DNA from: Bigelowiella natans CCMP2755
Lineage: Eukaryota; Protista; Cercozoa
Length of the DNA stretch: 64,000 bases
Reading direction: 5' to 3'
NCBI GenBank assembly: GCA_000320545.1
Contig: ADNK01000872.1
Location: 27,480-91,479 of the forward strand
The position numbers and the translations under genes are program-made. Shown here one piece after another: positions 44,010 to 57,997 of this stretch. The stretch's first letter is position 1. Every line of letters starts with the position of its first letter. The notes beneath the pieces are model-generated. The model did not search any database. It saw nothing but the letters and a program-made list of their open reading frames with translations, and had not been told where the DNA came from.

Positions 44010-44121
44010 TTACGAAGAGAGTGCATTACATTCATTTGCCCCACCTAGGTTGAAAGTGGTGAAAAGCTTAGCCCTGAAGATCAAGTCACATGGAACCTGT
44101 ACTTCTAACTTTCAACACTGA
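41247..44121 (+). CDS. GT32 (OCH1/SUR1-like) DXD glycosyltransferase, type II membrane, multi-exon
   Basis: TM anchor LLIIIMTSCAVGLVLL; VPKIIHQTW, HPDWLHVLWDD, PVQRADIFR, YGGAYVDMD (DXD), LQNAFMAS, HPYW, TGPG, HRNAGSW. Confidence 0.85.
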
Positions 44122-44349
44122 ATAATGCCAGCATAATTTATGTATCCTTACAAAATATAAAATGTATGTTTGAAATTATTCCCAACGACTCTTCGTTTTT
44201 ATACCGTAGATATTCTCATCTTTGGCAAGGCTACTATGATAAATATGGGGAGTTTGAGGATGCTTGAGCTTTGACAAGTTGGAGGTTTAGATCAAAGTAT
44301 TTTCACTCTCATCCACGCAAAGCATAGTAGTACTCCAACGATCATTATT

Positions 44350-45700
44350 TAGATTGTCACAAATTCGAGTAGTCACATATCATTGCGCGCACTTGTAGCC
44401 GGCATGCTCTATAATTGCTCACAAGTGCATTAATATATCAATATCGTTGTGTTAGCTACCTCTAGATTAACTCTCCAATCACAACTCAAGATGTCGTGCA
44501 ATGCTTGGCGAAACCTGCTAATTTTGAGTAGAAATCGCCCACCATATGTCTAGCATCATATTTTCTGTATGCAACACCACGCTAGCATGATGCCAACTAC
44601 AACTTTATTATTCTAGTATTACTCGTGATAATGCAATGTTCTGTAGATGTGTATGTGGTGGCAGCACCGGACGCAGCTCTAATGATGATGCTAATGGCGG
44701 CTGAGGCTGACGTACGTGCATGCTGCTGCATGCTAGCATGTGATAAGTACGCGTTGCCGCATCGTAATATCATTAATTTACGCGCCGTATCTAGCACATC
44801 TGACATGCTTTTATCAGCGTTATGGTTTGTGTTCATGCAAGTTTATACAATCACAGCTTCTCGAGTTCCCCAACATGTACGTATGCCTTTCTGTGCATGC
44901 GCATAGCACTACAGCGAGCAGCAAGCTGTTCGATATTTAATAATGGTCTCTACATGATGCTAGGTGCTACGACCGATTCAATTCATGTGTGGCCCCTGCT
45001 TGCTTGGTTGGTGCGCAATGTCGAAAATTCCTTGCAGAACGTTGCAGTAAGTTTGTGTGACCGCCCCTCCTAGCCTGCCCTAGCTATCTCTGCAGACTAG
45101 CACATACAATATTGCTGCGGCGCATATGATATAATTCAAAACCGTTCGCTCGCGCGAGCTGCACGTCGCGGGTTGTGTGCAACAATGTCACATCATTCGC
45201 AAACACTAAACACAATCGCAAAAACTAATGAACACAACATTAGTGCTGCAACCGTCGCATTACATAGTTACATTAGGATTAGTATTGGATAAATGTAATT
45301 ATTTCATTACACACTTCTCGCATGTCTAAATGTGCCATTATTCATGCAGCATGCAGCTGATGGTCTCTAAGTCATCATGACTGTGTTGCCAATGATGGCA
45401 TAGGCTAGCTAGTCACTGAAATAACGGAAGTAGCAGCTGTGCACTGTCCACCAAACGCGATTACAGGCTGGATCACAAGGTTAAAAAGGAATGTTTCCAT
45501 CATGGTCCATACACAGCATAGCTGATGGTAGATGCCAAGAGCAAGGCAAAGACTTGATAGGTAGTTACGCTGCTAAACATAATTTGCAACACATCATGGT
45601 CCATACACAGCATAGCTGATGGTAGATGCCAAGAGCAAGGCAAAGACTTGATAGGTAGTTACGCTGCTAAACATAATTTGCAACACATCTAAATGCACGC
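44350..45700. other. Palindromic-tetramer-rich zone between convergent 3' ends
   Basis: CATGCTAGCATG at 44729-44740; GCTAGCATG at 44581. Confidence 0.75.
45498..45689. repeat. Perfect 94-bp tandem duplication
   Basis: catcatggtccatacacagcatagctgatgg...aatttgcaaca at 45498 and 45592. Confidence 0.95.
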
Positions 45701-45806
45701 CCATCCACGTGGTTTTGACGACGATTGTCCTGTCCAAACTAGGCCATTCTGCATTATGTATAATATATCAGTACGTAGCTATTTATTAGACCCTCGGAGG
45801 CTCAAA

Positions 45807-48800
45807 TCATTGCAAGGAACATATCTTTGTTTTTGGATTATTCTCTTGCCCTTTCGTTATCTGATGGACATCAATTTCTTCATCCTCTTGGGAATTGGCT
45901 TTGATCATTTGAAGCAGAGCTTTCACTTCTTTCGGAAGACGCCATTCCCATAATCTATTTCCTTGGTATTTCAAAGATTTTAGAGCCACTAATTTCCCAA
46001 GCTCTTTTGGCAGTGATTTGAGCATGTTGCTGCTCAAATCAAGTTTTTTCAGATCTGAGAGGACCCCGAGAGAATCTGGAATCGAGCATAAGTCGTTGCT
46101 GTTCAACTGCAAGACCTGGAGATTCTTAAGCCCTCCCATCTTCTCTGGGATGGATTTTAGTCGATTGTTAGACCCAACGAGAGTTTGTAGGTTCCTCACA
46201 CGGCTAATGGCTTCCGGTAAGGACGTTAGATTGTTATTCTTCAGATTTAAATTCACAAGTGATTTTAGCTTTCCGATGGAGTCTGGCAAGCTCTTCAGAA
46301 CGTTTCGGGTGACATACAATCGTTGTAAACTCAAGCAATCTCCCACCGTGGTGGGCAAGGAGTGCAGGTTATTCGATGTTAAATTCAGGGTTTGAAGCCT
46401 TGCTAGCCCTCCAATACCATCTGGCAATGATCCTAGCTTATTCCAGGAGACATCAAAGTGTTTCAACGCCACAAGATTGTATATGCTATCGGGCAGACGT
46501 TCCAAACTCACGCAAACTCTCAAAGTGGCTAAATGTGTATTTTGAGCCTTTATCTCAGGAAGCGAGCTTATGTTTGGATTGTCAGTCAATATGAGCTGTG
46601 GTAATGGTGTTCTCCATATACCTGTCATTTAATAATAACCACATTTAAAGCTCAATTCTAAGTATCAAATACCATTTACTCCACCACAGCAACACTCCAT
46701 GGCTACCTTCCTACCCACCCACCCAAAAATAAGGTAGTTAAAAAAATCAATGCAATTAGTATTCCTTTCACTCCTTCGACACCACCGTCATGCTACTACT
46801 ACCAGGAAAAAATCAAAACCGAAAAAGTCCTACTAAATTTAATAATCACCACATGGGAGCGATTCTAAATCATTGTTTGATATTTCCATCGAATACAAGC
46901 TGCTCAAATTGGCAATGTCAGGGGGCAGAGATTTGAGGCTATTATGCGAAACCCTAAGTGACTGCAAGGCCGTAAGACTGCCTAACTTTGGAAGTGAAAC
47001 AAGAACATTTTCGGATATGTCCAGGTGTTCCAGTGCTGTGCATCCTCCTACGCACAGTTGATAATATATCGGTGTTGTTCTTAATTCAACAAATCTGGAA
47101 ATCAATCTACCCTCCTACCGATGATTTAATTTATAGAGCACATCATCCCATCATGACACGAGACATGATCTACACATACCACAAGCATCTACGTGCAATT
47201 ACTTCTGGTACTACGCAGATCAAATACATACAGCAATTTAAAAGTGAGATTATATTATACACATATAAATCTATGATCCTTCTTCGTGCTTGCCATGATC
47301 ACCATGATCCATGGTTATTAGCGAAATTCAAATCCGGTTGATACCTAGTTCATCTGGTAAACTGGTAATCTTATTTCTGCTCAGATCTAGCCTTCTGAGA
47401 CGCTTCAGTTTCAATATCTTTTTTTTTATTGCAGGAAAAACTATAAGTGTTTTTGCGGATAGAAAAGGCAAAATTTCATTTTAGCAAGAAATGTGTAGAT
47501 TACATAAGAATATAGATAGTATTCATCATCATCCCCCTGTGATAAATCGCCGCATAATTATGCTCACTGTCTACTTAATACTACCTCCACAGGAATTGTG
47601 CATAGTTTATTCTTATTCAGAAAGAGCTTCTCCAAGGAGTGCAGTCCCCCAATGGTGCGTGGAAGGCTTGAGAGTCCATTTGACTTTAAAGATAGAGACT
47701 CCAACCTCTTCAGATTATCACAGATCTTCGATGGGAAATGTTGCAATTTGTGACTGTCAGCAACTAAACTTTTAAGATTTACTAGCTCACCAACCCACTC
47801 TCCAAGAATTTCAGTTCCCTCCCTTGGGATAAACTTCATCGGTGGAAATACTAGCAAGGAGCGGTCAGAAATGGTTCGGTTCCATATCTTAAGTACAAGC
47901 ATTCGCACGGCTTTCACGCATGAACGCTCGAGAACAGTTGAACGTGGGGACGATGACAACAACGACGACGACGTTGACTTCCTGATGTATGTGAGTGAGT
48001 ACGTACGTATGTATGTGTATAAACGATGGTAGCTACAGAAGGCAAAAACTAAACTAGACTAGAGCTGTATATTTACAGATATTTCACAACCAATTACGAT
48101 TGACTTATTCTATCACTACTACAAGCTGAGAAAGCTCTATGTTACCTGCTAGATTTGCTGCTGCTGCTGCTGCCTAACTTGTTTTGGTATGTTTGTTCAA
48201 AACCAATCAAAGCTTTGTAAAGTCCAGCAACTTTGGCAGCGTGATTTTCGAGTATTGTATTCGTCCATGGTGCGGAAGTAGTGAATCGATACAATGCGTC
48301 AATAGCTTGGAATGCGATAGCGGTTGCTCCTTCAATTGGAGCTTGTCCCGACCGACTTGCAGCAGCGGCGCATATCTTACACTCAGTAAGAAAATCACGC
48401 ACTTTCACCCAATCAATGATTACCCTCTTCGATTCTAAACTTTTTCTCCGCCTTTTGTGTGGCATTTGGTCTCTGTTGTACGTATATCAATAAAAGTAAT
48501 GATCATGGTCGTGTACAACAATTACGACATCCATTTATCAAAGACCACGTCGATAGGAATACCTTGCAGGAATGGTAGGAATGCCTCTATGTAATGACGG
48601 CCGCGGCAGTCTTTGATGATGTTTCTGTTCACCATCATTGGTGCATCTGCTATCACCGGTGTCATCGTCACTGTTATCATTATCTCCCTGGAGTGACCGC
48701 CGGCAACTAACATCTGAGTAATAAGTGCATGCATACCAATGTTCATTCTCTCCTCTTAACGGTCGACTTCCAAACGTCGTTTCTTGGAGCAGCAGTTAAA

Positions 48801-48818
48801 TAATACAAGCACACACAC

Positions 48819-48868
<50 letters not shown>

Positions 48869-51031
48869 CAGTTTCACTTATATGAAATCTTATTTTCTGT
48901 TCCTATTTTCTTTCTTGGTACCACCTGTGGGTGTTTTAGGTAGAGTCGGCACATTGACAGGAGCATCAGGAATTTGACGATGAGCTCCGTTAATTGCAGC
49001 ACCGAATGTTGCCCAGTTCATCATTCCCATAAATTTACATTTCCCTCCCATTAATTTAAAGACGACAGGACTCGAACTGCTCTTCTTAATTTCCTCGTTT
49101 TTGTAGTTTTTTTCCCCTTCATCCTCTTCATCTGCCAATTTTTTCTCTTCGGGTATGCTAATGGGAGGTATTAAGTTACTGTTTATTATAGTCTTGGAAA
49201 GGGAAGAATGGTTAAGATTGAGCGTCATACTACTTTCAAACAAGACATGGCCACCTGTATCTTTCAAAGCTGCATCCACGACTCCACCAGAGCAGCTCTT
49301 CCCAGCACCTCTCTTCGGAAACAAGGATTCCAGCCTATTATTAGATACCGGTGAATAACAATTATCAATATCATCACTAAATCATCAATGTATCATGTTC
49401 GTCAGCAAGCAATAATGACTATAGTATATGGAAGCTGATGATGATAAACACTGGTGATACCGCATCTAATGCATCCGAGAGAATGATACCAATGTGCCTT
49501 CGAGCATGTAATTGCAATAATCTGGCTGAATACAGTATATGATCATGATCATCATCTTTTTGGGGTCGTAGTCGTCTGGTGATGCCGCTGTCCCCATAGT
49601 CGTCGTCGTCGCCCCATTGTGCCACCCATTCTTGGTTTCCGAAATAGTAAGAAAAGTTGAAGAAACCCTCCTCGTCAAATTCACAGAATCGGAGAAGATC
49701 TATTTGCCAGGAACGCTGCCGAGCCGCATCCACTAAATCCTCTGCTGATTGGACCCCTGCCGACGAGACGAACAAGGACAAGACCAAGGTTAGAATAATA
49801 ATAATCGATTTTAAGATTGATATATCTGATCCCCGAGATAAGACAGTAGGAGCAATTACACTATTTCTTGTAATCACTTTGGTTAAGGTTAGGAGGGTGT
49901 TTTCAGTATATCACTATCTCCTCATATTCTCGTGCTCACAATCCTATTGGAACAACTTACCCTTTAGCTGCGATGATGGCACACACCGAGAGAGAAGATC
50001 AGCGCGTCTTTCGAGGCTCATTCGCTCAGCTTTTGGCAGCAGCTCTGTGATCGTGATCATTTTAATAATAGCAACAGCACAGGTACGTATTATCACAAAT
50101 GCAGACAGTATTTTACCACTCATTTATTGAGATATTAGGATAGTAAATCCCGTGTGACAAATAATGTTCAATTCGATAATTACTACATCAAGTTGAGTAG
50201 TAGGAACCAGGAGGGATACATTTATGTACTAGTAGTAGTACCATGGGGAAATCCTCCTCCTCCTCCACCTTCCAAATCCTTATCTGTGATCACCAGCATA
50301 CTTGAGGCTATCTTCCTCATCATGTGCTCATCTGGCTTAAATTGCCATTCCGCAAGAAAAGAGCTGCGGAATCGCATGCCACAAATTAGGTGATGAACGC
50401 ATTTGTTCTCCAACGTATAGTAGGAAGGAGTTGAAGCGATGTGGCGGTTGGTCCCCCCTTTCCTGTCTGCTGTCGTTTCCACCCCTGATGTCATTTCAGT
50501 CAAGGTCTTGACAAAGTCGAATCCGAAGCACTGCTTCATCTCGAATGGCACTTTCTTATTCCAAAGAAGTAGAGACTCCTGAGGTAACAACCAAAACAGG
50601 TAATATTATTCATGGCTTACATATTCGTCAAAATTTTCGAAACCATTATAATCTGCAGATGAGCAAGATTGAACAAGTAACCAACTTTTTAGTCTCGAAA
50701 TCTACTACCTTCTTGCAGCCACTGTGGTTAGCTTTAGTTTCTGCTTCCTCAAGGTGGTTGAAGGTGATCTGGTTCAATAGTCTCTTAATTTCCGTATCAA
50801 CTTCAAAAAGCCTCCACATCCTCAGGCCTCTTCGTATTATGTGCTTTAAGGATCTAGAAATCATCTCGGCAACAATTCGACTCCTCAAAATTTTCAATAT
50901 GGAAAGTTGGCGTTGCGTGGTGGAGATCCGAGCCGATGACGATGATGCTTTGTTCTTACATACAAACGGAAGATACATAATATACAATTTAATAGAATCA
51001 TCATGCAGGTAGTGAATATATGTGCGTATGT

Positions 51032-51072
<41 letters not shown>

Positions 51073-54000
51073 GTTCATGTATATGTATATTAAGCAGCGG
51101 CAGCAGCAGCAGATCTCCTGATGTCCCTGTAAACCAAGTAGTAGTAACCTAAAATCAAATTATGGATGATGACTACCTTCATCTTTATCATTTTCCCGTC
51201 TTTCGCTGCTGCTATCGCCATCGTGCTATCCTGCTTGGATCGCAGAGCATAATCTGCAAGCTTGATAGTATCTTCCTTCATAATTTGGAATAGAAGTCCT
51301 AAGTGTCTGAGCGGTAAGCCCATCTGGTGACATATTGCTCCGATATTTATTGTATCAGGAAACTTTGGAATCCGTATATCTTCAAGCCTGGTGGTGATGA
51401 TAATGATGATGATGATAATGATGATCATCATCAACAGTGGTGGTGGTAGTTGTAGAAGTAATAGTAAAGGAGGTATTACTAGAAACAACATACAGTTGCA
51501 CACGTACACGCACGCACAAGAGTTATATTTATAAATAACATATATTATTTACAATATTGAATATTTTTGAGTATACACACTGATAGACAAACAAGTACCC
51601 TGCAGGAGGTGTCGCGTTTGCATGCCCGGGACAAAATTTCTGTGCCTCCGATATAAGCTTTGCGCAAATATTACCTACTATTTCTCCACATAGGTACTTT
51701 GTCGCGTTTTTCCAATTTTCGTTGAGCGACGCATCTTGAAAATGACCTGAGTATATATCAATCTTTGACAAGGATGATTGGAAATCCAGCAACTATTACT
51801 CGTTTATCTAATTCTAATTTATGAAAAGAAGTATTTTACCCCACTTAGAGCCTGAATCAGGACTGATAGGTTTAAGTCTTGCCTTAGGCATCTCTCGGTA
51901 GAGGAACTGCCATGTTATACAATATTGTTGATTGATGATGATTTCCTGGTACTTTTCCAGTCTTTGAAAGTCAAAGAAGAAGTAGATGGGGAGTATGAAA
52001 AAATATGTGTAAATCTAGAGTCATCATGCAATTTAACAACATAACCTCAGGTCGAAGCATGCGATAAAAAACGGATGTCTTTTCCTCGGGTAGATGAGCT
52101 GTAACCTCTAAGGGTCAATAATGCAAGCGATGGTCATTGAGTAATATAAATTTCATGGTATTTTCAAAATTGGGTATGTGCATTAGAATATTGAAAAGTA
52201 GAACCAGGGCACTCGCATGGAAGATAGCGCGCCAAATCCATCACATCTAAGATTATTTAAGTTCAGACACAGCAGCAAACAAAACTACTGTTTTTGACAC
52301 TCGATAAAATGAAAAAATCTTAAGTATGTTTTAAAGTATCAGCCAGATCAAAGTAGTGGTTTGGCCACTTTTTACAGCATTTCTTCATGTTGGTTTTGAA
52401 GTATAAAATTAGAAACCATACAATAGTTGTGAATCCCTGACTCTGCCTGGACTTTGTAGCCTTCTACATCGCCTCCAGATACCTAAACAACAAATTTTAG
52501 TCATGATTTTAGATTTTTAATGCCATCAAGGTTGCGTGGTCTTCGCTCTCCGCATGTAACACAGTGATCCGACAGATAGAGTTCAACAGAGGTTTGATAT
52601 GAACAGGACTGCAATGATTGGTAGAAGAACTAGTTTGTGGATAGAGGAAAAAAAAGGTATTGGAAGCTACTAATTTCGTCAATGATACAATAACTTATAA
52701 TTGCTACCGGCACTACTGACGTTTATACAACTGTTTCCTTTAAATGAACAGTATGCCATGTAGTATGTATTATCGAAATAAATTGTATGTAAATATTATA
52801 TTTTTGGTAGTACCAACGTCACATCTCGAACTTTGTGGGGCGCTATTGTAAAAATTATCACAAAATCCTCTCAAAACAGGAAACTGTCTATTGCAGCTTG
52901 AGAGGTGGTAATAATAGTGGAAAACAACAATTATATTCAACAACTTTGGTTCGCTAAAAGAGAAGACGGTAGCAACTATTCAACACTTCTAAGGATGACC
53001 TATACTGTAAAATTCCGCCGCCCTCTCCATATGCGTGCTCAGCAAAGGGTCGCTGTTGCAAACACTATACCCTAAAAAGACAGCAACAACCAACCACCAC
53101 CATCACCACAACCTCTTCAGAAACATCAATATATTAGACAACTTCTATATCTTGCAAACAAGTTACATGGTCAAGTAGTAAATTGTTGTCTCAAAAAAAA
53201 CGAATCCTTTCAAAATTTCCACTAGGTATCATATTGTTATTTTCATTGTTATTTCGAGAATAATTTAGTAGATAGTATACCGCAATCTGCAGAGCCATAA
53301 ACAAGGATAGCTGCATGCGTCGGTAGTACTGGACATGCTAGTATACCTTGTTTGTGAGTGAATAGTCATATAATTTGCTTTTGGTATGGTGATGCGAATG
53401 GGAACAAGAGAATTATTTTTCTACAAGTGTTGTCGTTATGTGTGATTATCATGGTTTAAAGGAGAAATGGGAAAAACTTTTAATTAAAGACGATTAAGAA
53501 ATATTATTTCATTACGGTATCCACGATAATCGACGACCACTTGCCTGATGTTAAAATGAAGCTTAATACTAAATCCTTAATCTGTAATACTCTTAATCTG
53601 ATATTTCTGCTGTTGGCGTGCCGCTCGACAATACTTCAGATTATTTCATTTACATGCACACACAAATAAAGATATTTCTAATTTGGAAATGTACTGTTAT
53701 CTACCACGGAATTTGTATATCAATTTCTCCTCCAAGGAAATACTACACAACACAATGATACAATTATTTAAATGAAAATGAGTGACCGGGAAGTATGCTC
53801 TAGATTTCATATACATCAAAATTATGTTTTGGAAATCATTTTTGCTATCGTATAATAACAACGGCAAAATATAACTTCGTAAAGTGCATTGGTGCTTCTA
53901 AGTTCGTTTCCAGCGGCTTTCGCTCCAAGCTCCAAGTTTCCTTTCCACAGCCTTGAAGAATAAAGATAGTTCCCAGATCCTAACTATTTTTGGTACAATA

Positions 54001-55476
54001 TAGAATGAGTAACGCAATACGCGCTCCCCGCTCTCAAGACATAACGTTGAGTGGCTCTCTTTTCTTCCTCTATGCATCACGTATTGTACTTTCAATTGCA
54101 ATCATCTTCAACTTTGAATTAAGAATTAGTATATTAAGTTGTTTGGTGTACTTAATATATTACGTTCACATCGGTTGCGACCCTATAGAAAATCCCTTCC
54201 GATTCGACTGTTAAAGAAATTCGAGCACCAAATAGAACAAGATGGATATTTATAAACTTTTAAAATGAGGAATTACTATTGGTGGGAGGGGATGAATAGA
54301 AGTGTCGTCCCTTTTTTCACTTTCTGTCACATTTCAACCAAAAGTATCGAATCTACGAACTGAAACCTCTCCTTTTGAATACTTACAACAAAAGTAGGAA
54401 TTTCGATATGATAGAGTAATATACTCAAAGTACATAATATTCAACAGTACATCTAGTGCAGCCGAACAACATTTCCCCATTCTCTTTCTTTGGCCCATCT
54501 AGAATCGTTGTCCTTGTCGTTAATGGCATGTATTTTCTGCGCTTTAAAGCTTCCTGCTGCGATTTGTTCAGTACTTTTTTTGAGGATCTCCCATCGGTAA
54601 CTAAACACAACATTGGTGCGTGCATAATGTGTTAATGGTGCCGTTGTCTCTTGCATAAAGCAAAAATATTGGTTGATAGACATTCTTTGGACAATTATGG
54701 ATAATATTGGTACTCGCTGTCATCCATAGAGCGTGATTTTCATCAATAATTTCCTCGCATGTTCTTCTCACCACCTACATAGCATTATTAGAAGTAATCG
54801 TCCAGTTGCAGCCTGTAGTGTCTCAAAACACCAAAAAGTGCAAATATTATTCGACAATAACCACCTGATGGAGACTTCTCTTTAGGAGTGACAACATCTG
54901 AGAAAATCAATGATATAAATAAACCGAGAATAGAATGACATAGTTCCATGTTATTCCACAATGGAGACCTCCATTCTCGCTTCCATGTTTCGCCCTTCAA
55001 ACAACCTTGTAATTACAGTAAAAATAAAGGAAGATAAAAATTCTGATCGATTTGGTAATAAACAAAGACGATCTCTTCATACATTTTATGAGCGGTTGCC
55101 CATTTCTGCTCCGAGGAGCTTATGAAAGCCTTCAGCCTCAAGGCATCCTCCCCTGAAAAACAAACTCTCCATATTACAATACAGCCAGATTGCCCAGAAT
55201 AATATATTTGCGAACCCTTTGGCTGAGGCCCAAGTGGCTCGTTCTCCATTGAAGTATTCCCACCACTAGGATATATATTTAAGAAGAGCAATCCCTACTG
55301 GATTGCTGCCTCCTGTGGCCGTTGTGGGAGTTGTTTACGATTGAAGTGTGAAGGAGGAGAAAGAAAGAACTGATCATCAGTTTCTGGGAAATCATCATTG
55401 TCGTACTTAAGAAAAGGATGTCATTAAAAACATACGACAAATAAAGTTCGACAAATATTCTAGGTATTGTCTTCAC
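45807..55476 (-). CDS. Large multi-exon protein with a Clu-domain N-terminal half and a C-terminal SHOC2-type LRR array (5' end uncertain)
   Basis: Clu motifs in order: HALYG, APMLCLV, LVYGSADCG, GDVEGY, MDLARYLP, FYRMLRPE, CHQMGLPLRHLG, AEMISRSLK. In-phase splicing links the 48890 ORF, an exon at about 48570-48790, the 48142 ORF and the LRR ORFs (LxxLxLxxNxLxxLP). Confidence 0.72.
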
Positions 55477-55808
55477 TTTACATGTAGAAGGACTTCACAT
55501 ATGTAAAAAAAAGTATTATGCTTTCAAGTCCATGTCGCACATGTAAATGGTAGGCGATATACAGGATATCCCGAAGTCAATCAAGTCAAAGCTTGTGCAC
55601 CTGCTATGGATACCTTCAACGGAACTGCAGTGATGAGACAATCGTGATGAGACCCCAATCATAACAACCAAGTACAGGGACAAACTCTCTTGGCCTGAAA
55701 ATATAAAGAATTCAAGCGGACCCGCTCATTATTGCTTTGTTTCCAAACGAACTTAAAGCTCTGAAGTTGTTACCATCTACCGGCACCCGTTTCTGAAACA
55801 AATCATTG

Positions 55809-56986
55809 ATGTCAAAACGAAAGGGACGCTTTAGAGATAAAAACTATCTCCGGATAAAGGTCTTTGACACAAAATTGCCCCTTTTGTTAGTGTTTGTATG
55901 TATGTGGTAAGTAACAAGTCAAGTGAAGAGGAATTAGATACGGGTCTCTAGTCTTTTTGAGAATTGTATTTCTGAATATTTGTGACAGATACTATCAATG
56001 GGAGATGCTCAAACAGGAAAAAGTTGTCTCATTAAACGCCATTGCGAACACAAGGTGCGTGATAATTTGGTGTGAAGCATTATCATTCTGATTCTTCCCT
56101 TTCTAGTTCGTATCGAAGTACATTCCAACTATAGGCGTGGATTTTGGCGTAAGGCCCGTCAAAATTGATGTAATAATCAACTATGTTCCATACGCACATT
56201 CTTAAGCACTATGTTCTCCGAAACTAACAGGACAAGCTTGCGAAAGTAAACTTTTGGGACCTCTCTGGAAATCCTGATTATGCTAAAATCAGAAATGAAT
56301 TTTACAAGGACGCTCAAGGGGTAATAATAAATCTCATCATTTCAGTAATAATAAACAGTTCTCTTTTTCTTAAAGGTTTTGTTAGTATTTGATGTTACGT
56401 CAAGAAGCTCCATGCTTGCACTAGAAGACTGGCTAAGGGTAATTCAGAACACCCTTTAAATATGATTTTCATTTGGAATAGTAGTAGAACGCTGTAGGAA
56501 AACCTGGTGATGGTAAATGATTTTCTTTGGAAAAAGGAGATGGAAAGTTACGGTGACAAGACGAAGCCTTTGGCAGGGATAGTATGCGGAAATAAGGTCG
56601 TTGTTGTTGTTGTTGTTGTTGCTTTAACATATTGCAACATCATACAGATTACGCTTGACTCACTTCACGGTCAGGTTGACAAAAAGAAGCGGATGGTGGA
56701 GGCTACAGAGGCTGAATCCTGGGCAAAAGCACGGGGATTTCTGTAAATTGAATTTAATTTTCGCCAAGTGCTCTTCTAAAGTTGGCACATCCTTGTTGTC
56801 AATCACTCTACAGATACTACGATACATCAGCGAAAAGTGGGCATAATGTCGACACAGTATTCGAAACAAGTAATAACGAGTTGGGAACACAAAATGAGCA
56901 CTACTCCGGAACAGACACTCACTCAATGTTTTCAAAAATCTTTAGTGTATCAGATGATTCTGGATCAAATTGAAGATGCCCATTGA
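55809..56986 (+). CDS. RJL: RJL-family Rab-like small GTPase (GTPase domain like DNAJC27/RBJ, no J domain)
   Basis: RIKILSMGDAQTGKSCLIKRHCEHKFVSKYIPTIGVDFGV, VNFWDLSG, IRNEFYKDAQG, CGNKVD, DTSAK; no CAAX motif. Confidence 0.85.
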
Positions 56987-57242
56987 TTCTAAGCGAACTA
57001 GATCTTAGGTACAAAATATCTTCAGATATGTGCCTGTAATTTAGCATACAGCTATAGCCACGATTTTTATTCAAGCGTGCATATTGTCTTTGGTAGGTAG
57101 TCAACACGGTATCATTCTCTCTTATCATGTGCCCTGTGTTGCCCACAGTCATGTGGCGTCGCAGATTTTTGAACATTCGATGAAATATTACAGGGGGAAT
57201 CAAGTGCTGCGATGTATGTGAAGTAGTCGGAAGTGAATATTT

Positions 57243-57296
57243 TATATAGCCCTTATAGGCTCTAGAGCGTACCCTATATAGCCCTTATAGGCTATA
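57243..57296. repeat. Duplicated hairpin element TATATAGCCCTTATAGGCT(ATA), period 32
   Basis: Two copies; TATAGCC/GGCTATA inverted arms. Confidence 0.8.
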
Positions 57297-57309
57297 AAAT
57301 TTTTGTAAG

Positions 57310-57960
57310 TGTGCGCAGTCTAGCATGGCATTGCCTAGATTGCGACGTAAATCTCATAGCTATCTAGCTATGAGCACGTATCCTCTTCAATATGCGTACA
57401 TCGGCATGACATGCAACTCTAGAACCTAGAACTGGTGGTGATGATGACAGCTGCGAGGGTTACTAGCTTGCGCGCAGCTCGATCTCGTCATGCAATGCAA
57501 GCAGACTCGCGAATGCAAAACATGTGAAACTCTTTTCATACACCAGCCGTGGATTTTTTAGCAATTTGTAGAAATTGTTCGCCCGCATGCTAGCACGCGC
57601 ACGCAATTCATGTAGCCTGCTAGCTAGTTAGAGGCTGACTGCATCATGATGAGATGCAGTGCATGCCACAGCATCGCAGCAGGCGCATCGATGTGCTGCA
57701 AAATGACATGTACGCTACTTTAATTGCAGACAACAGACACAACATAACAGCTGTAGCCGCTGTTTCGCACAGCTACGTACATCACTAGGATGACAATTGG
57801 AAACATTTAATTACTTTATTACATCCATCTCAATTATTGCATGTGTACATGTTTTTTTTAATTTGCTCTGCGTGTGTCCTACAACGATGAACGAGCCAGC
57901 CCAATTATAAATCGAACATTGTAGAACATGTAGTACGTGCTCAAGAGTCATGTTTTCGCT
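57310..57960. other. Palindromic-tetramer-rich zone between convergent 3' ends
   Basis: CATGCTAGCA at 57586-57595; tgctagctagt; gcatgacatgca. Confidence 0.75.
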
Positions 57961-57997
57961 CGTTTTACAATCAAGCTCTAGCAAAGTATAATGGCTG

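Noticed and set aside
45498-45689. Direct repeats as a CRISPR array
   Set aside because: Only two adjacent copies, no spacers, no cas genes, eukaryotic context.
46018-46594. Plus-strand ORFs overlapping the LRR exon (and similar antisense ORFs in the E1-like, beta-COP and AP-1 mu genes)
   Set aside because: Antisense shadows of well-supported coding sequence.
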